From a virus (lineage: Duplodnaviria; Caudoviricetes), in the IMG/VR virus record IMGVR_UViG_3300016371_000007, positions 11,873-75,872 of that record: a stretch of 64,000 nucleotides of DNA. One strand, given 5' to 3'. Below the pieces are notes generated by a model. The model was not told where the DNA came from, made no database searches, and worked only from the letters and a program-made list of their open reading frames with translations. Made by a program: the position numbers and the translations under genes. Positions 26,651 to 36,125 of the stretch are shown here, in pieces (the first letter of the stretch is position 1; each line of letters begins with the position of its first letter).

Positions 26651-28192
26651 ATGGCTAACGGACCAGAACTCTTACAAGCTACTCCCGGTGTCGTAGTCAA
26701 TCCGGGAGCACTTATCACTCCTGGTGGCCAGCAAGGGCCGCCCGGTAGCCAGGGTGCAGCCGGAGCGACCGGACTTCCGGGTCCTCCTAGCGGAACTGTA
26801 GTCGCCACCACTACTGCTGCCACTTTTAATCAGCCTGCTGTTGGCTCTACTGTCCCGGTCACACTTACTGCTGCCTCCGGTATCGCAGCCGGAATGGTTC
26901 TCTACGTTCAGGGGGGCGGCTATTATTCGGTCAATGGCATCGCAGGAAGTGTCGCTACTCTTCAGAACCTCGGTTATGCAGTCAATGCTTCCCCCGCCAC
27001 ACCAATCAATTCTGGAGCAGTAGTCGGCGGCTGCGGTCCTCAAGGCCCAACCGGAGCTACCGGCCCTCAAGGAATTCCCGGAGTAGCCGGAACTAACGGA
27101 ACTAACGGAACCGCCGCCAGCGTCGCGGTTGGGACCACCACTACCTTAAGTCCGGGAAACAGCGCAACGGTCACCAATAGTGGCTCCGCAACAGCAGCTG
27201 TCTTAAATTTTGGTGTACCGGCGGGGATCGCTGGAACGCCGGGCGCTGCTGGCGCTCAAGGGCCTACCGGCGCAACTGGAGCAACTGGAGCAACTGGCGC
27301 TGCCGGGCCTCAAGGGGCTATTGGACCTACCGGACCTATCGGACCCATCGGACCTATGGGTCAAACCGGCCCGCAAGGTCCCCAAGGAGTCGCTGGCGCA
27401 CCCAGCGTCCCGTCCGGCAGTGTGGTCATGTTTGGAGCTGCCAATGCACCTGTTGGCTGGCTCATATGCGATGGCACCTCTTACTCAACCAGCGCTTATC
27501 CTGACCTCTTCAACGCTATTGCCACCAACTACAATCTTTCCGGTGATGCTGCCGGAACCTTCCGGGTCCCGAATCTCGCGGCCCGGGTCCCTCTTGGTAT
27601 CGGATCAGGGACAGATCCAATTACAGGCAAAGGATTCACTCTTGGCGCAACCAGCGGTGAAATCAGCCACGCTCTGCAACCAGCCGAGAACGCAATCCAT
27701 ACCCATACCCTCACAGCCAGCCAAGCTGCTCATAGCCACACCGATAATGGTCACTCTCATCAGGTCGGCCCGCACGGCCACGCCTGGAATGACTCGGGCC
27801 ATGCCCAATACATCCAGGCCCATGGTCACGGCTGGACCGACAACAATCATCAGCACGTCATAGCCGGGTATTCGATGCAGTTTCAGGGACTGCTGGTTTC
27901 TCAAGGCGGCAATCAGGGCTACTCAATTAATGGCGGCAGCAACCTATGCTGGACCGGCGGTGAGAATCAGGTGGTCGGATCCGTTCAGAATGCAGCAGCC
28001 TTCTGGTCAGGCGGCCCGAACCAAGCCGTGGGTTCAGTCGCTAACGCGGCAGCATTCGCAAGTGCTAACGGATTTGCCAGTCTGACTACCTCTCAACCGG
28101 CTATCACGGCAACTGCCGCTAACCAGGGCTCAGGCACTGGGCACAACAACCTGCCGCCTTATCTGGTTATGCAATATATAATCAAAACATGA
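26651..28192 (+). CDS. Collagen-like tail fibre with tail-collar domain (paralog of 23340)
   Basis: GXY repeats; PSGSVVMFG...P.GWLICDG collar motif; multiple HxH motifs; HNNLPPYLVMQYIIKT end. Confidence 0.88.
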   Translation: MANGPELLQATPGVVVNPGALITPGGQQGPPGSQGAAGATGLPGPPSGTVVATTTAATFNQPAVGSTVPVTLTAASGIAAGMVLYVQGGGYYSVNGIAGSVATLQNLGYAVNASPATPINSGAVVGGCGPQGPTGATGPQGIPGVAGTNGTNGTAASVAVGTTTTLSPGNSATVTNSGSATAAVLNFGVPAGIAGTPGAAGAQGPTGATGATGATGAAGPQGAIGPTGPIGPIGPMGQTGPQGPQGVAGAPSVPSGSVVMFGAANAPVGWLICDGTSYSTSAYPDLFNAIATNYNLSGDAAGTFRVPNLAARVPLGIGSGTDPITGKGFTLGATSGEISHALQPAENAIHTHTLTASQAAHSHTDNGHSHQVGPHGHAWNDSGHAQYIQAHGHGWTDNNHQHVIAGYSMQFQGLLVSQGGNQGYSINGGSNLCWTGGENQVVGSVQNAAAFWSGGPNQAVGSVANAAAFASANGFASLTTSQPAITATAANQGSGTGHNNLPPYLVMQYIIKT

Positions 28193-28413
28193 AGACTGAA
28201 CAGATCAGGCAATGGACACCCGGCACCATCTTTAAATTCTCGGTCGGCGACAGGACGACCAATCTTGTCGTTGAGGCCAATGATGGCGAGAACCTAACGG
28301 CCATCGTTGGAGGTGCTCAGGGCTTACAGGAAGCAAAAGACGGCAATTACACTGGCAAACGCATGACCTTCCACTTAGTCGGCTTAGATGACCATCCACA
28401 AATCTCACAATGA
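28189..28413 (+). CDS. Hypothetical protein (74 aa)
   Basis: ATGA-coupled on both sides. Confidence 0.65.
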   Translation: MKTEQIRQWTPGTIFKFSVGDRTTNLVVEANDGENLTAIVGGAQGLQEAKDGNYTGKRMTFHLVGLDDHPQISQ

Positions 28414-28775
28414 ATAACGATCCAGAAGTTGAGGCGGCAACATTTGTCCCGCCACCGTTTCCGACTTGGCCGCCACCCAGTGGAGGCGCACCGTTTCCGG
28501 GTAACGAGCTGGGGCCAATCACCAACCCCTATCCGTACGGCACCACCCAGCCCGCAAATATCAATACCGGCAACCCGGTTCCCCCGTTCCTTGCGATGAA
28601 GTATCCGCAGTCGGGTGGCGTAGGGAACAACGGGCAAAACCAGGGCGGCTCCTATCAGCTGCCGAAACCGACAAAACCATGGGAAGTCGGCCCGATAGCC
28701 TCTGATCCCACGATCTCAGCCATTAAGCCTACTCCGATCATGGGTCCTGGGCCGCAAGGAACTTCACCTTACTAA
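28410..28775 (+). CDS. Pro-rich small protein
   Basis: Coupled ORF; contains TKPWEVGPIA. Confidence 0.7.
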   Translation: MNNDPEVEAATFVPPPFPTWPPPSGGAPFPGNELGPITNPYPYGTTQPANINTGNPVPPFLAMKYPQSGGVGNNGQNQGGSYQLPKPTKPWEVGPIASDPTISAIKPTPIMGPGPQGTSPY

Positions 28776-28777
28776 AT

Positions 28778-28969
28778 ATGGATACACCCGTCGCTCAGAA
28801 CTACGTGCCTCCGGCCTACCAGCAGTTGCCGCAAAGCACCAAGCCATGGGAAGTCGGTCCAATCGCTGGCAGTCCCTTCCCGCCAAAGATCTTCCCGGCT
28901 GGCAGCTATATCGATGGGATGGGCAGTGTCATCACACCAACCTCTGTAAGATCAGGATGGGGGAACTAG
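28778..28969 (+). CDS. Pro-rich small protein
   Basis: Shares TKPWEVGPIA with the preceding ORF. Confidence 0.7.
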   Translation: MDTPVAQNYVPPAYQQLPQSTKPWEVGPIAGSPFPPKIFPAGSYIDGMGSVITPTSVRSGWGN

Positions 28970-28970
28970 C

Positions 28971-29183
28971 ATGGCTAAAAAACCTTTACCCTCGACCATG
29001 GAACCGGCCAATGCTGGTAAACAGCCGCCGTTCGTGCCGGTAACTTTCAAGACAACGGTGGGACCGCCCTTAGCCAAAGGCACTTACCAGGAAGTAGGGC
29101 TTTACTTGAAGCTCTATGATTATGCTTATAACGGACAGAGCCAGACGGCAGTCATCAACTTCAAATGGCCTAAACCAGTATAA
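28971..29183 (+). CDS. Small protein (70 aa)
   Basis: Starts 1 nt after the previous stop. Confidence 0.65.
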   Translation: MAKKPLPSTMEPANAGKQPPFVPVTFKTTVGPPLAKGTYQEVGLYLKLYDYAYNGQSQTAVINFKWPKPV

Positions 29184-29187
29184 CTTT

Positions 29188-29502
29188 ATGGCTAACGTAC
29201 CAACCAACATGGGGCCGCCCATGGAGCTGGGCTGCGGGCCAGCGGATCCGGCTCTAAGCGCCACCATAGCGGGCAACTATGCCGGGACTGGCTACAATCC
29301 AGTCAGAGGCGGCACTGGCGAAGTCGGCACGATAAATCCGGGAGCTAATACTCCAGTTGCATCCCAAGGCCAGCCAGCTCAGTTGCGCGGCTACGTTCTG
29401 GGCGGCCAGCTCTATCTGGTCGATAGCGTGACCGGCACGGCCTATACCGTTGGCCCAGCTCTGCAAGTGCCGCAGCCACCCATCTATTCACCAACCAAAT
29501 GA
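29188..29502 (+). CDS. Gly/Pro-rich small protein
   Basis: Likely start MANVPTN at 29188 (track start 29116 overlaps the prior gene). Confidence 0.65.
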   Translation: MANVPTNMGPPMELGCGPADPALSATIAGNYAGTGYNPVRGGTGEVGTINPGANTPVASQGQPAQLRGYVLGGQLYLVDSVTGTAYTVGPALQVPQPPIYSPTK

Positions 29503-29864
29503 ATATCCCGGCACCGGCAGCCAACGCGATCGTCGCGATGAAGGAGTTCTTTGTCTATATGGGCTCAGACGGGAATCTCTGGGCCGTCTCGGCAGACAAG
29601 CTCCAGGCCGGTCAGCTGGGTGGGCCTGCTGGTCAGCCCCCGGTGATCGATGCCGTAGAAGAGGCACCGGCGGATGGGAACCCGTATGTCCGGCAGGATC
29701 TGGCCTGGATCATCATGCCTAAGAAGCCGCCCAATATAACTTTAAGCGACGGCATTAACGAGATCACCCTCACGATTGGACCGGCGGGCGATCTCTGGGT
29801 CAGTCAGACGGCTGGCCCCAACGCCGGTAAGACCTGTGACTTAACCTATGGCAAATGGCAATAA
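29499..29864 (+). CDS. Small tail-fibre-related protein
   Basis: Contains EAPADGNPYVRQDLAW, the same motif as in fibre 24911. Confidence 0.7.
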   Translation: MNIPAPAANAIVAMKEFFVYMGSDGNLWAVSADKLQAGQLGGPAGQPPVIDAVEEAPADGNPYVRQDLAWIIMPKKPPNITLSDGINEITLTIGPAGDLWVSQTAGPNAGKTCDLTYGKWQ

Positions 29865-30105
29865 CTGGGAAACAGGTCCCATATTAAACGCACCGTACTG
29901 CGGTCAGAATCAGACCTCCCAGATCCAGGTCCCAGCACCCATTGCCTATAAGGCATACCAGTACAGCCCAGAGGAGGGTCCCTGGGCCATGATACCGTAC
30001 TCGGTACTTTATCCTCCGCCGACCCAGGGACCGGGTGAAGCTTGGGTGCCCCCGCCGGTTAAGCAAACCGATATTTTCATGGCTCAACAAACTTTTCCGC
30101 TATGA
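29848..30105 (+). CDS. Pro-rich small protein
   Basis: Overlapping ORF in the coupled array. Confidence 0.55.
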   Translation: MANGNNWETGPILNAPYCGQNQTSQIQVPAPIAYKAYQYSPEEGPWAMIPYSVLYPPPTQGPGEAWVPPPVKQTDIFMAQQTFPL

Positions 30106-30281
30106 GAGTCTCCCTGGTGGATGAGACCACCGGCCAGGAACGTGGCTGGTTAGAGTGCAACAATGAGGGGCGAGTCTGGATGTGCATCTCGGTCCTGGAT
30201 CTGATGCATGTGCAGACTTTGCCGACCTTTCTCGGGATCCCCATGGACTTTCCGCCCACCACCTCCATCGAGTTCCAGTAA
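30102..30281 (+). CDS. Small protein (59 aa, MRVSLVDETTGQERGWLECN...)
   Basis: Not in the track; ATGA and TAATG overlaps on both sides. Confidence 0.6.
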   Translation: MRVSLVDETTGQERGWLECNNEGRVWMCISVLDLMHVQTLPTFLGIPMDFPPTTSIEFQ

Positions 30282-30562
30282 TGGCCTTCGATACCATACC
30301 CTTCGTCCAGAGTGTCCTCTATAAGTCACCCTACAGTGGGTGCTGCAATTTCTCTGGCTTCGCGAAGCCTGCGGCTGCTGCCCCGCCTGTCATTATTCAG
30401 GGACCGCCTGGGCCTATGGGTCCTCCGGGGCCTCAAGGTCCTCCTGGAGTCCGAGGTAGCCTCTGGTGGGTCGGCACCGGACCTCCTGGAACTATCGCCG
30501 GAGCGCTGCCCAACGACATGTACCTGGATGACGCAACCGGAGATACCTATCAACTCTCATAG
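30281..30562 (+). CDS. Short collagen-repeat fibre-associated protein
   Basis: Likely start MAFDTIP; [16 protein letters not shown]...GTGPP.....ND.YLD..TGD.YQ. Confidence 0.7.
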   Translation: MAFDTIPFVQSVLYKSPYSGCCNFSGFAKPAAAAPPVIIQGPPGPMGPPGPQGPPGVRGSLWWVGTGPPGTIAGALPNDMYLDDATGDTYQLS

Positions 30563-30564
30563 CC

Positions 30565-33297
30565 ATGGGCTGGGCCAAGACAGGCAATATCCAAGGACCA
30601 ACCGGACCACCTGGACCGTCCGGCGGCCCGGAGGGTCCTCCAGGTCCTCCCGGACCTCAGGGTCCTCCCGGCGCTAATTCTACTGTTCCCGGCCCGCAGG
30701 GTCCTATCGGGCCTGTCGGCCAAACCGGAGCTGCCGGGCCTCAAGGACCTTCTGGGCCTCAGGGATCCCAAGGCGTTCCTGGGGCAGCTGGCAGCCAAGG
30801 ACCTATCGGCGCAACTGGGCCTCAAGGACCGGCTGGAGCCGACTCAACCGTTCCCGGCCCGCAAGGACCTGCCGGGGCAACCGGGCCTGCTGGCGCAACT
30901 GGGGCTACTGGCGCAAGTGGCCCTCAAGGTCCTGCCGGGCCAACTGGCCCTGAAGGCCCAGCGGGGATCGGCCTCAACATGAAGGGCACGGTGCCGACAT
31001 CGGCCAGTCTGCCGACTACAGGCAACCAGCCCAATGACACCTACACGGCCTTGGACACGGGCCACGCTTGGACCTGGAATGGTACAACCTGGATCGATAT
31101 TGGCCCGATCCAGGGGCCTGAGGGACCTACCGGGGCAACCGGCGCAACCGGCGCAACCGGGCCTGCGGGGCCTAGCGGCCCTGCGGGAGCAACTGGGGCA
31201 ACTGGCAGCCAGGGGCCGACCGGGGCAACTGGGGCGCAAGGACAAGGCTATCACTGGCGAGGAACATGGTTCGCTTCAACGACCTATAATTCATACGACT
31301 CTGTCGCCGCTAGCGATGGATCAAGCTACGTCGCTGTTACTACCACAACCGGGAATGATCCTACCACTGATGGCGGGGCTCATTGGGGTGTATTAGCCCA
31401 TACCGGAGCAACCGGTGCGACGGGTCCCACAGGTCCCGCAGGAGCCGCTTCCACCGTTCCTGGACCTCAAGGGCCTGCTGGCGCTACGGGCGCAACCGGA
31501 CCCCAGGGACCGACTGGACCGGCTTCCACTGTTCCCGGCCCGACCGGCCCTGCCGGTGCAACCGGCGCGACTGGGCCAACTGGTCCTCAGGGGGCTACAG
31601 GTATAGCTGGTCCACCAGGAGCGGGTGCAGGTGATTCGCCTTATAAATGGTCAACCGGAACTGCTGCGGCTGATCCGGGTACAGGTAAAGTTGGAGGCAA
31701 CAACGCAACCCCAGCTTTATTTACTCACATCTATGCTGATAGTTTTGACCAGAATGGATCAGGCGTTTTTGGATTACAACAGCTGGTCAACGGAAGTGAC
31801 CTCTATTTGTATGAAACCGGCCAGGTCGGAACTTCTATTCATTTTACATGTGTTGGTACTCCGGTAAACCATGGCCCCAATCAGTGGTTCGATATTACCG
31901 TTAGTCTGGTTAACAATGTCGGGTTTACTCCTTCCAACAACCAAGCGGTTCAACTATATTTACCGGTTGAAGGTGCTACTGGTCCACAAGGCCCCACCGG
32001 ACCGCCCGGAGCTACGGGACCACAGGGACCGACCGGACCACAAGGGCAAACTGGAGCGACCGGGCCACAAGGGCCCATTGGTTTAACCGGGGCAACAGGT
32101 CCACCCGGACCCCAGTCAGTCAGCGCCGATACCGGTAACCTGCTCACCCTCGGCAGCGATAATCTGGTTAGCCTACCTTCCAGCGTAATCTGGAATCAGC
32201 GTCTTAGATCATACAACGCTATCGGCAATCCGAATTTCGAGGTTACGCAGCGCAATATTGGTACGGTGATTACGCCAGTATCAGGTGGTGGTACTTTTAT
32301 TGAAGATAGATGGTTTATAAACAAATCAGCCGCTGTGACGGGTGTGGTGACCGCCCAGAAACAAGGTCCTGCTGCTAGTGCAGCAGGATGTACTCCTGTT
32401 CCAGGGACCAACTATTTGATCTCTAATGGCTTTTTGCGGATCACATTAACTACGGCCCAGGCAACGCTCGCGGCAGGTGATAATGTGATTCTAGGCCAAT
32501 TCGTTGAAGGTCCCTGCTTACGAGAATTATGGGGTGATGTCCATTCAGTATCGATTTTATGCCGATCCAGCGTAGCCAATTTGAGTTTAGGATTGAACTT
32601 GCGAGATCCTGTCACTACTACTCATTCACTTTCTAAGTTATGTACTTTGGGAGCGGCTAATAGTTGGACCTTGATTACTCTGCCTAACTTGCCAGTTTGG
32701 CCGACAGGCAATTTCGTTATCACACCCGGTGCGCAAGGATATATTTTTGGCATCACATTAGCTTGTGGATCTACATATATCCCTCCAGCCAATGATGTTT
32801 GGCAATCAGGCCTTTATGTTGGGGCAGTTGGCCAGAGCAATTTTTTTGCTCAAGCTGTTAATTCCACGTTCGACGTTGCCTTTGTTCAGCACGAGCCAGG
32901 AGCGGTTTGCAGCCAACTGATGGACCTTCCGTTTACCGGGCCAAACGGAAGTCTGGAAGCTTGTCAGCGCTATTTTCAGAAGAGTTACAATTACGGTGAT
33001 AAACCTGGAACCGTTACAAATCCTACTGCCCTACGATTCGCCGTTCCCGCTGGGCTGGTTAACCCGGTAGGTCAAGTACGTTTCCCAAAAATTATGTCTA
33101 AGACACCAACCATCACTGGCTATAGCACAAATACTGGTGCGATTAATAATGTTTATGATGCAACAAACGGAGCCGATCGAGCAATTACGTCCGCCATTGG
33201 TATTTCCGATAATAGCTTTGGCGGATTTAATGTAACTGGCGGTCTTAGTACGATCTGGCAGGTTTTGTTCCACTATACCGCCGATACCGGGTGGTAA
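30565..33297 (+). CDS. Long collagen-like tail fibre with C-terminal NPNFEV...CQRYF domain
   Basis: Extensive GXY repeats interrupted by globular inserts (KGTVPT...LPTTGN.PND.Y; WRGTW..STTY...DSV...DGSSYV). Confidence 0.88.
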   Translation: MGWAKTGNIQGPTGPPGPSGGPEGPPGPPGPQGPPGANSTVPGPQGPIGPVGQTGAAGPQGPSGPQGSQGVPGAAGSQGPIGATGPQGPAGADSTVPGPQGPAGATGPAGATGATGASGPQGPAGPTGPEGPAGIGLNMKGTVPTSASLPTTGNQPNDTYTALDTGHAWTWNGTTWIDIGPIQGPEGPTGATGATGATGPAGPSGPAGATGATGSQGPTGATGAQGQGYHWRGTWFASTTYNSYDSVAASDGSSYVAVTTTTGNDPTTDGGAHWGVLAHTGATGATGPTGPAGAASTVPGPQGPAGATGATGPQGPTGPASTVPGPTGPAGATGATGPTGPQGATGIAGPPGAGAGDSPYKWSTGTAAADPGTGKVGGNNATPALFTHIYADSFDQNGSGVFGLQQLVNGSDLYLYETGQVGTSIHFTCVGTPVNHGPNQWFDITVSLVNNVGFTPSNNQAVQLYLPVEGATGPQGPTGPPGATGPQGPTGPQGQTGATGPQGPIGLTGATGPPGPQSVSADTGNLLTLGSDNLVSLPSSVIWNQRLRSYNAIGNPNFEVTQRNIGTVITPVSGGGTFIEDRWFINKSAAVTGVVTAQKQGPAASAAGCTPVPGTNYLISNGFLRITLTTAQATLAAGDNVILGQFVEGPCLRELWGDVHSVSILCRSSVANLSLGLNLRDPVTTTHSLSKLCTLGAANSWTLITLPNLPVWPTGNFVITPGAQGYIFGITLACGSTYIPPANDVWQSGLYVGAVGQSNFFAQAVNSTFDVAFVQHEPGAVCSQLMDLPFTGPNGSLEACQRYFQKSYNYGDKPGTVTNPTALRFAVPAGLVNPVGQVRFPKIMSKTPTITGYSTNTGAINNVYDATNGADRAITSAIGISDNSFGGFNVTGGLSTIWQVLFHYTADTGW

Positions 33298-33353
33298 AAA
33301 AACAATTCTTATGAGCGAGAACGGTAAAGCTAAGAGTCTCCCTGCCAGGGAGC

Positions 33354-34418
33354 GTGCTCTGGTATCAGCGCCTTCGCTCGTACAATAGTGTGGTCAATCC
33401 GAACTTCGAGGTAAACCAGCTCAGTTCCAATGCCGTAAGGTTGGTTGATCGCTGGAACCTCTGGAAAACGGCTGGGATTACGGCGGCAGTGAGTTCTGGG
33501 CCAGTTGCAACCAGTGCAGGCTGCCTCCTGCCGGGGACCAGCTATCGTGTTACCTCGCAAATCCTTACTTTCCAGGTTACAACCGCCCAAGCAGCAGCGC
33601 CGGGCGGGAGCGACGGGTTTGGTTTCTACCAGTATCCCGAAGGCATTGCCGCTCGCGAATTGGTTAATGACGTGACCTCCTTGAGCCTGATGGTCTTTTG
33701 TAATGTTGCGGGCCTGAAGTTCACTGTAGCGCTGAGGGATGGCTCTGGGGTCTACAGTATCGTTTATCTCTGCACGATTCAGACTGCGAGCCAATGGACG
33801 GTTATCCCGCTGCCCAATATTCCTGCATTCCCTAGTGGATCGACCGTTGGGCTAACCCCAGGATCTAACGGTTATAATATCTTTATCGTTCTGGCTTGTG
33901 GCCCGACCTTAACCGCGCCCAATACCGGCATCTGGAACACGACTGGTGGCTATGTCGGTGCGCCGGGGATGAGTAATTTTCTTTCGACGGTTGGCAATAT
34001 CTTCTACTGTGCCTTCGTTCAGCATGAACCGGGCAGCGTCTGTACCGCCCTGATCGACAAACCTTTCCTCCAGAACTACCAGGAATGCCTCCGCTACTAT
34101 CAAAAAAATACTCATTACGCTAATACCCCATGCACTGGAAACTGGAAACTGGTTGGCACTTTAGCCGCAACGAACAGTACACAAATCCGTTGCCTTATCC
34201 GATTTACCCCGGAAATGGCAAAGACTCCGACAGTGCGTTGGACCGGGAATAGTACTGCATTAGGAAACGTCTTCCTTGAGAGTGTCGGCCTTGTCGCAGT
34301 CGGTAGCACCGGAGTTGGAACCTCAGGAGTACAATCAATTACCTTATCGGCTGCCCCTACGTGTGCAGCTTATGCCGATGTGCTCGCAGACTGGGACGCC
34401 GATACCTTGATCCCCTGA
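33354..34418 (+). CDS. Stand-alone paralog of the fibre C-terminal (receptor-binding) domain
   Basis: WYQRLRSYN...NPNFEV, FVQHEPG.VC, ECLRYYQK, collinear with the C-terminus of 30565..33297. Confidence 0.8.
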   Translation: MLWYQRLRSYNSVVNPNFEVNQLSSNAVRLVDRWNLWKTAGITAAVSSGPVATSAGCLLPGTSYRVTSQILTFQVTTAQAAAPGGSDGFGFYQYPEGIAARELVNDVTSLSLMVFCNVAGLKFTVALRDGSGVYSIVYLCTIQTASQWTVIPLPNIPAFPSGSTVGLTPGSNGYNIFIVLACGPTLTAPNTGIWNTTGGYVGAPGMSNFLSTVGNIFYCAFVQHEPGSVCTALIDKPFLQNYQECLRYYQKNTHYANTPCTGNWKLVGTLAATNSTQIRCLIRFTPEMAKTPTVRWTGNSTALGNVFLESVGLVAVGSTGVGTSGVQSITLSAAPTCAAYADVLADWDADTLIP

Positions 34419-34420
34419 GT

Positions 34421-34696
34421 ATGTGCTTATCCCCCTACAACGCCCCAGGAGCCATCCTCTGCGTAGACCGCTATCATAAGAGTCCCAAGGCACCAGGAAC
34501 GCCAATCCGGCCCATGGCGCTGCCCCCTAGCCCCATTAGCTACGGCCCACCTACCCAGGCAGGCCGGTTCGTCTGCGGAGGTCCAAGCTCGACAGGTCCG
34601 TTCCTCTTCGGTTATATGGAAGGTATCACCTGGAGTGCCCAGGTCTTCGGACGCATCTCCTCCGGTGGCACCGGGCAGAATCTGGGATTATCGTGA
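34421..34696 (+). CDS. Hypothetical Pro/Gly-rich protein (91 aa)
   Basis: ATG 2 nt after the previous stop; overlaps the next start. Confidence 0.55.
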   Translation: MCLSPYNAPGAILCVDRYHKSPKAPGTPIRPMALPPSPISYGPPTQAGRFVCGGPSSTGPFLFGYMEGITWSAQVFGRISSGGTGQNLGLS

Positions 34697-35805
34697 AATG
34701 GATAGCAGTACTTTTGTTTCTTTTTCTGGCCTTGCTTGCTTATAGCCAGCATCCACCCCATCCGCCGCATCCACCGCATCCTCCACACCCACCACATCCT
34801 ACTCCGACTCCTCCACATTCTACTCCGAGTCCTACGCATCCAGGCCAGCCGCATACAACTCCTCCGATTCCTGGCAAGCTGATCACCTTACAGCCGGGTC
34901 AAGATCCTAAGTCATTCATCCCGGCACTAGCACGGAACGCGAGGCGGCTTTCCCTGTCTTCTGAGCTTAATCTTGGACAACTAGAGACGCTCAGGAATAT
35001 CCTGCTTTCTGAAGTTGGCTACGGAGGACGCGAAATCGGGCTCTGGGCCGCGTCTCACGGCGATTTCGAGAAAGAGGAGGGTAGTTCACAGGTCGCGACA
35101 GAAGGCATCATCGTCGCAGCCGACAAACGCTTATTCGATCACTTGGTAGTTGGGATTGCAGGCGGTTATAGTCACTCAGGCAGTAGCGATCTTGACCTCA
35201 ACTCCGGCTGGGGAGGTGGATACCTTATCATTTTTGGTAGCGGCTTTTACCTGAACCAGACGGCAATCGCAGGCGGCGACTACTTCTCAACCACGAGATC
35301 TGGATTGCTTGGCACGGCGAGAGCCAATTCTAGCGGTTGGTTCTTCTCTGAAGTCGCTCAAGGAGGCTACAACGCGAAATGGAACAACCTCTCAATCGGT
35401 CCCTATGCGATGCTCCAGTACGCAATCGTCGGTAATGGAGCCTTCTCTGAAACTGGCTCAGATGCGCCGGTTACTGTTCATTCTGGAACACAGGGTTCCA
35501 CCGTATCGGATCTTGGCACCGAGGCCTCTTACAACTGGAACAAGTTGACCTTCAAGCTCAGTCTAGCCTGGGAGCATGAGTACACCGATACGACTAGCTT
35601 CACTGAAGTGAACGTTGTCGGTATTCCCTCCAGCCTTACTACCGTCGCCGGGACCAGCCTCGGACATGACTCCATGATCGTCAACGCAGGCTTTTCTTAT
35701 CAAGTAACGGAGCGTGCTTCCATTGGCCTTGGATACGCAGGGCAGATAGGCCGCAAGAACGAGGAGTCTAACAGTATAATAGGAAATATCCGACTTGGAT
35801 TCTAG
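34693..35805 (+). CDS. Autotransporter-type outer-membrane beta-barrel with signal peptide and His-Pro repeat passenger
   Basis: Signal peptide MKWIAVLLFLFLALLAYS; HPP repeats; alternating beta-strands (G.AGGYSHS, GPYAMLQY, LAWEHEY, VNAGFSYQV); ends GNIRLGF with a terminal Phe. Confidence 0.82.
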   Translation: MKWIAVLLFLFLALLAYSQHPPHPPHPPHPPHPPHPTPTPPHSTPSPTHPGQPHTTPPIPGKLITLQPGQDPKSFIPALARNARRLSLSSELNLGQLETLRNILLSEVGYGGREIGLWAASHGDFEKEEGSSQVATEGIIVAADKRLFDHLVVGIAGGYSHSGSSDLDLNSGWGGGYLIIFGSGFYLNQTAIAGGDYFSTTRSGLLGTARANSSGWFFSEVAQGGYNAKWNNLSIGPYAMLQYAIVGNGAFSETGSDAPVTVHSGTQGSTVSDLGTEASYNWNKLTFKLSLAWEHEYTDTTSFTEVNVVGIPSSLTTVAGTSLGHDSMIVNAGFSYQVTERASIGLGYAGQIGRKNEESNSIIGNIRLGF

Positions 35806-35828
35806 CCCAATAGTGTTAAAAGCTTCCC

Positions 35829-36125
35829 ATGAGCACGCGCAGCTCACGGAGGGAAGCCTACCTCGCAAACATGCGACAGTACCGGGTGAAATGGCTCCTG
35901 GAAGAGGTCACCGGCCTATTTCGCTTTATCGAACAGTTCCCCTGCGAGGGGAAAGAACCTCACCAGATCGTAGACCAGTACCTGAGCTACCTGGATACGC
36001 TGGATAAGCTGGAAGCGGAGGGATGCCGCCGTCACGTTAACGGCGGCTCCGAGGCCGGTGAATTGGTGGCGTCTCGTCAGACGAGCCCCCGACCTCTGTG
36101 CGGTCCCTCGCCGCGACATCTTTAA
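35829..36125 (+). CDS. Hypothetical protein
   Basis: Helical N-terminal half looks protein-like; convergent with the next block. Confidence 0.5.
   Translation: MSTRSSRREAYLANMRQYRVKWLLEEVTGLFRFIEQFPCEGKEPHQIVDQYLSYLDTLDKLEAEGCRRHVNGGSEAGELVASRQTSPRPLCGPSPRHL

Noticed and set aside
30550-32150. Long antisense and alternate-frame ORFs over collagen genes and other GC-rich genes
   Set aside because: Shadows of GXY codon periodicity and high GC; they overlap better-supported genes.
23340-34418. Diversity-generating retroelement or invertase shufflon acting on fibres
   Set aside because: No reverse transcriptase or site-specific recombinase, and the paralogous tips differ at all base types rather than only at adenines.
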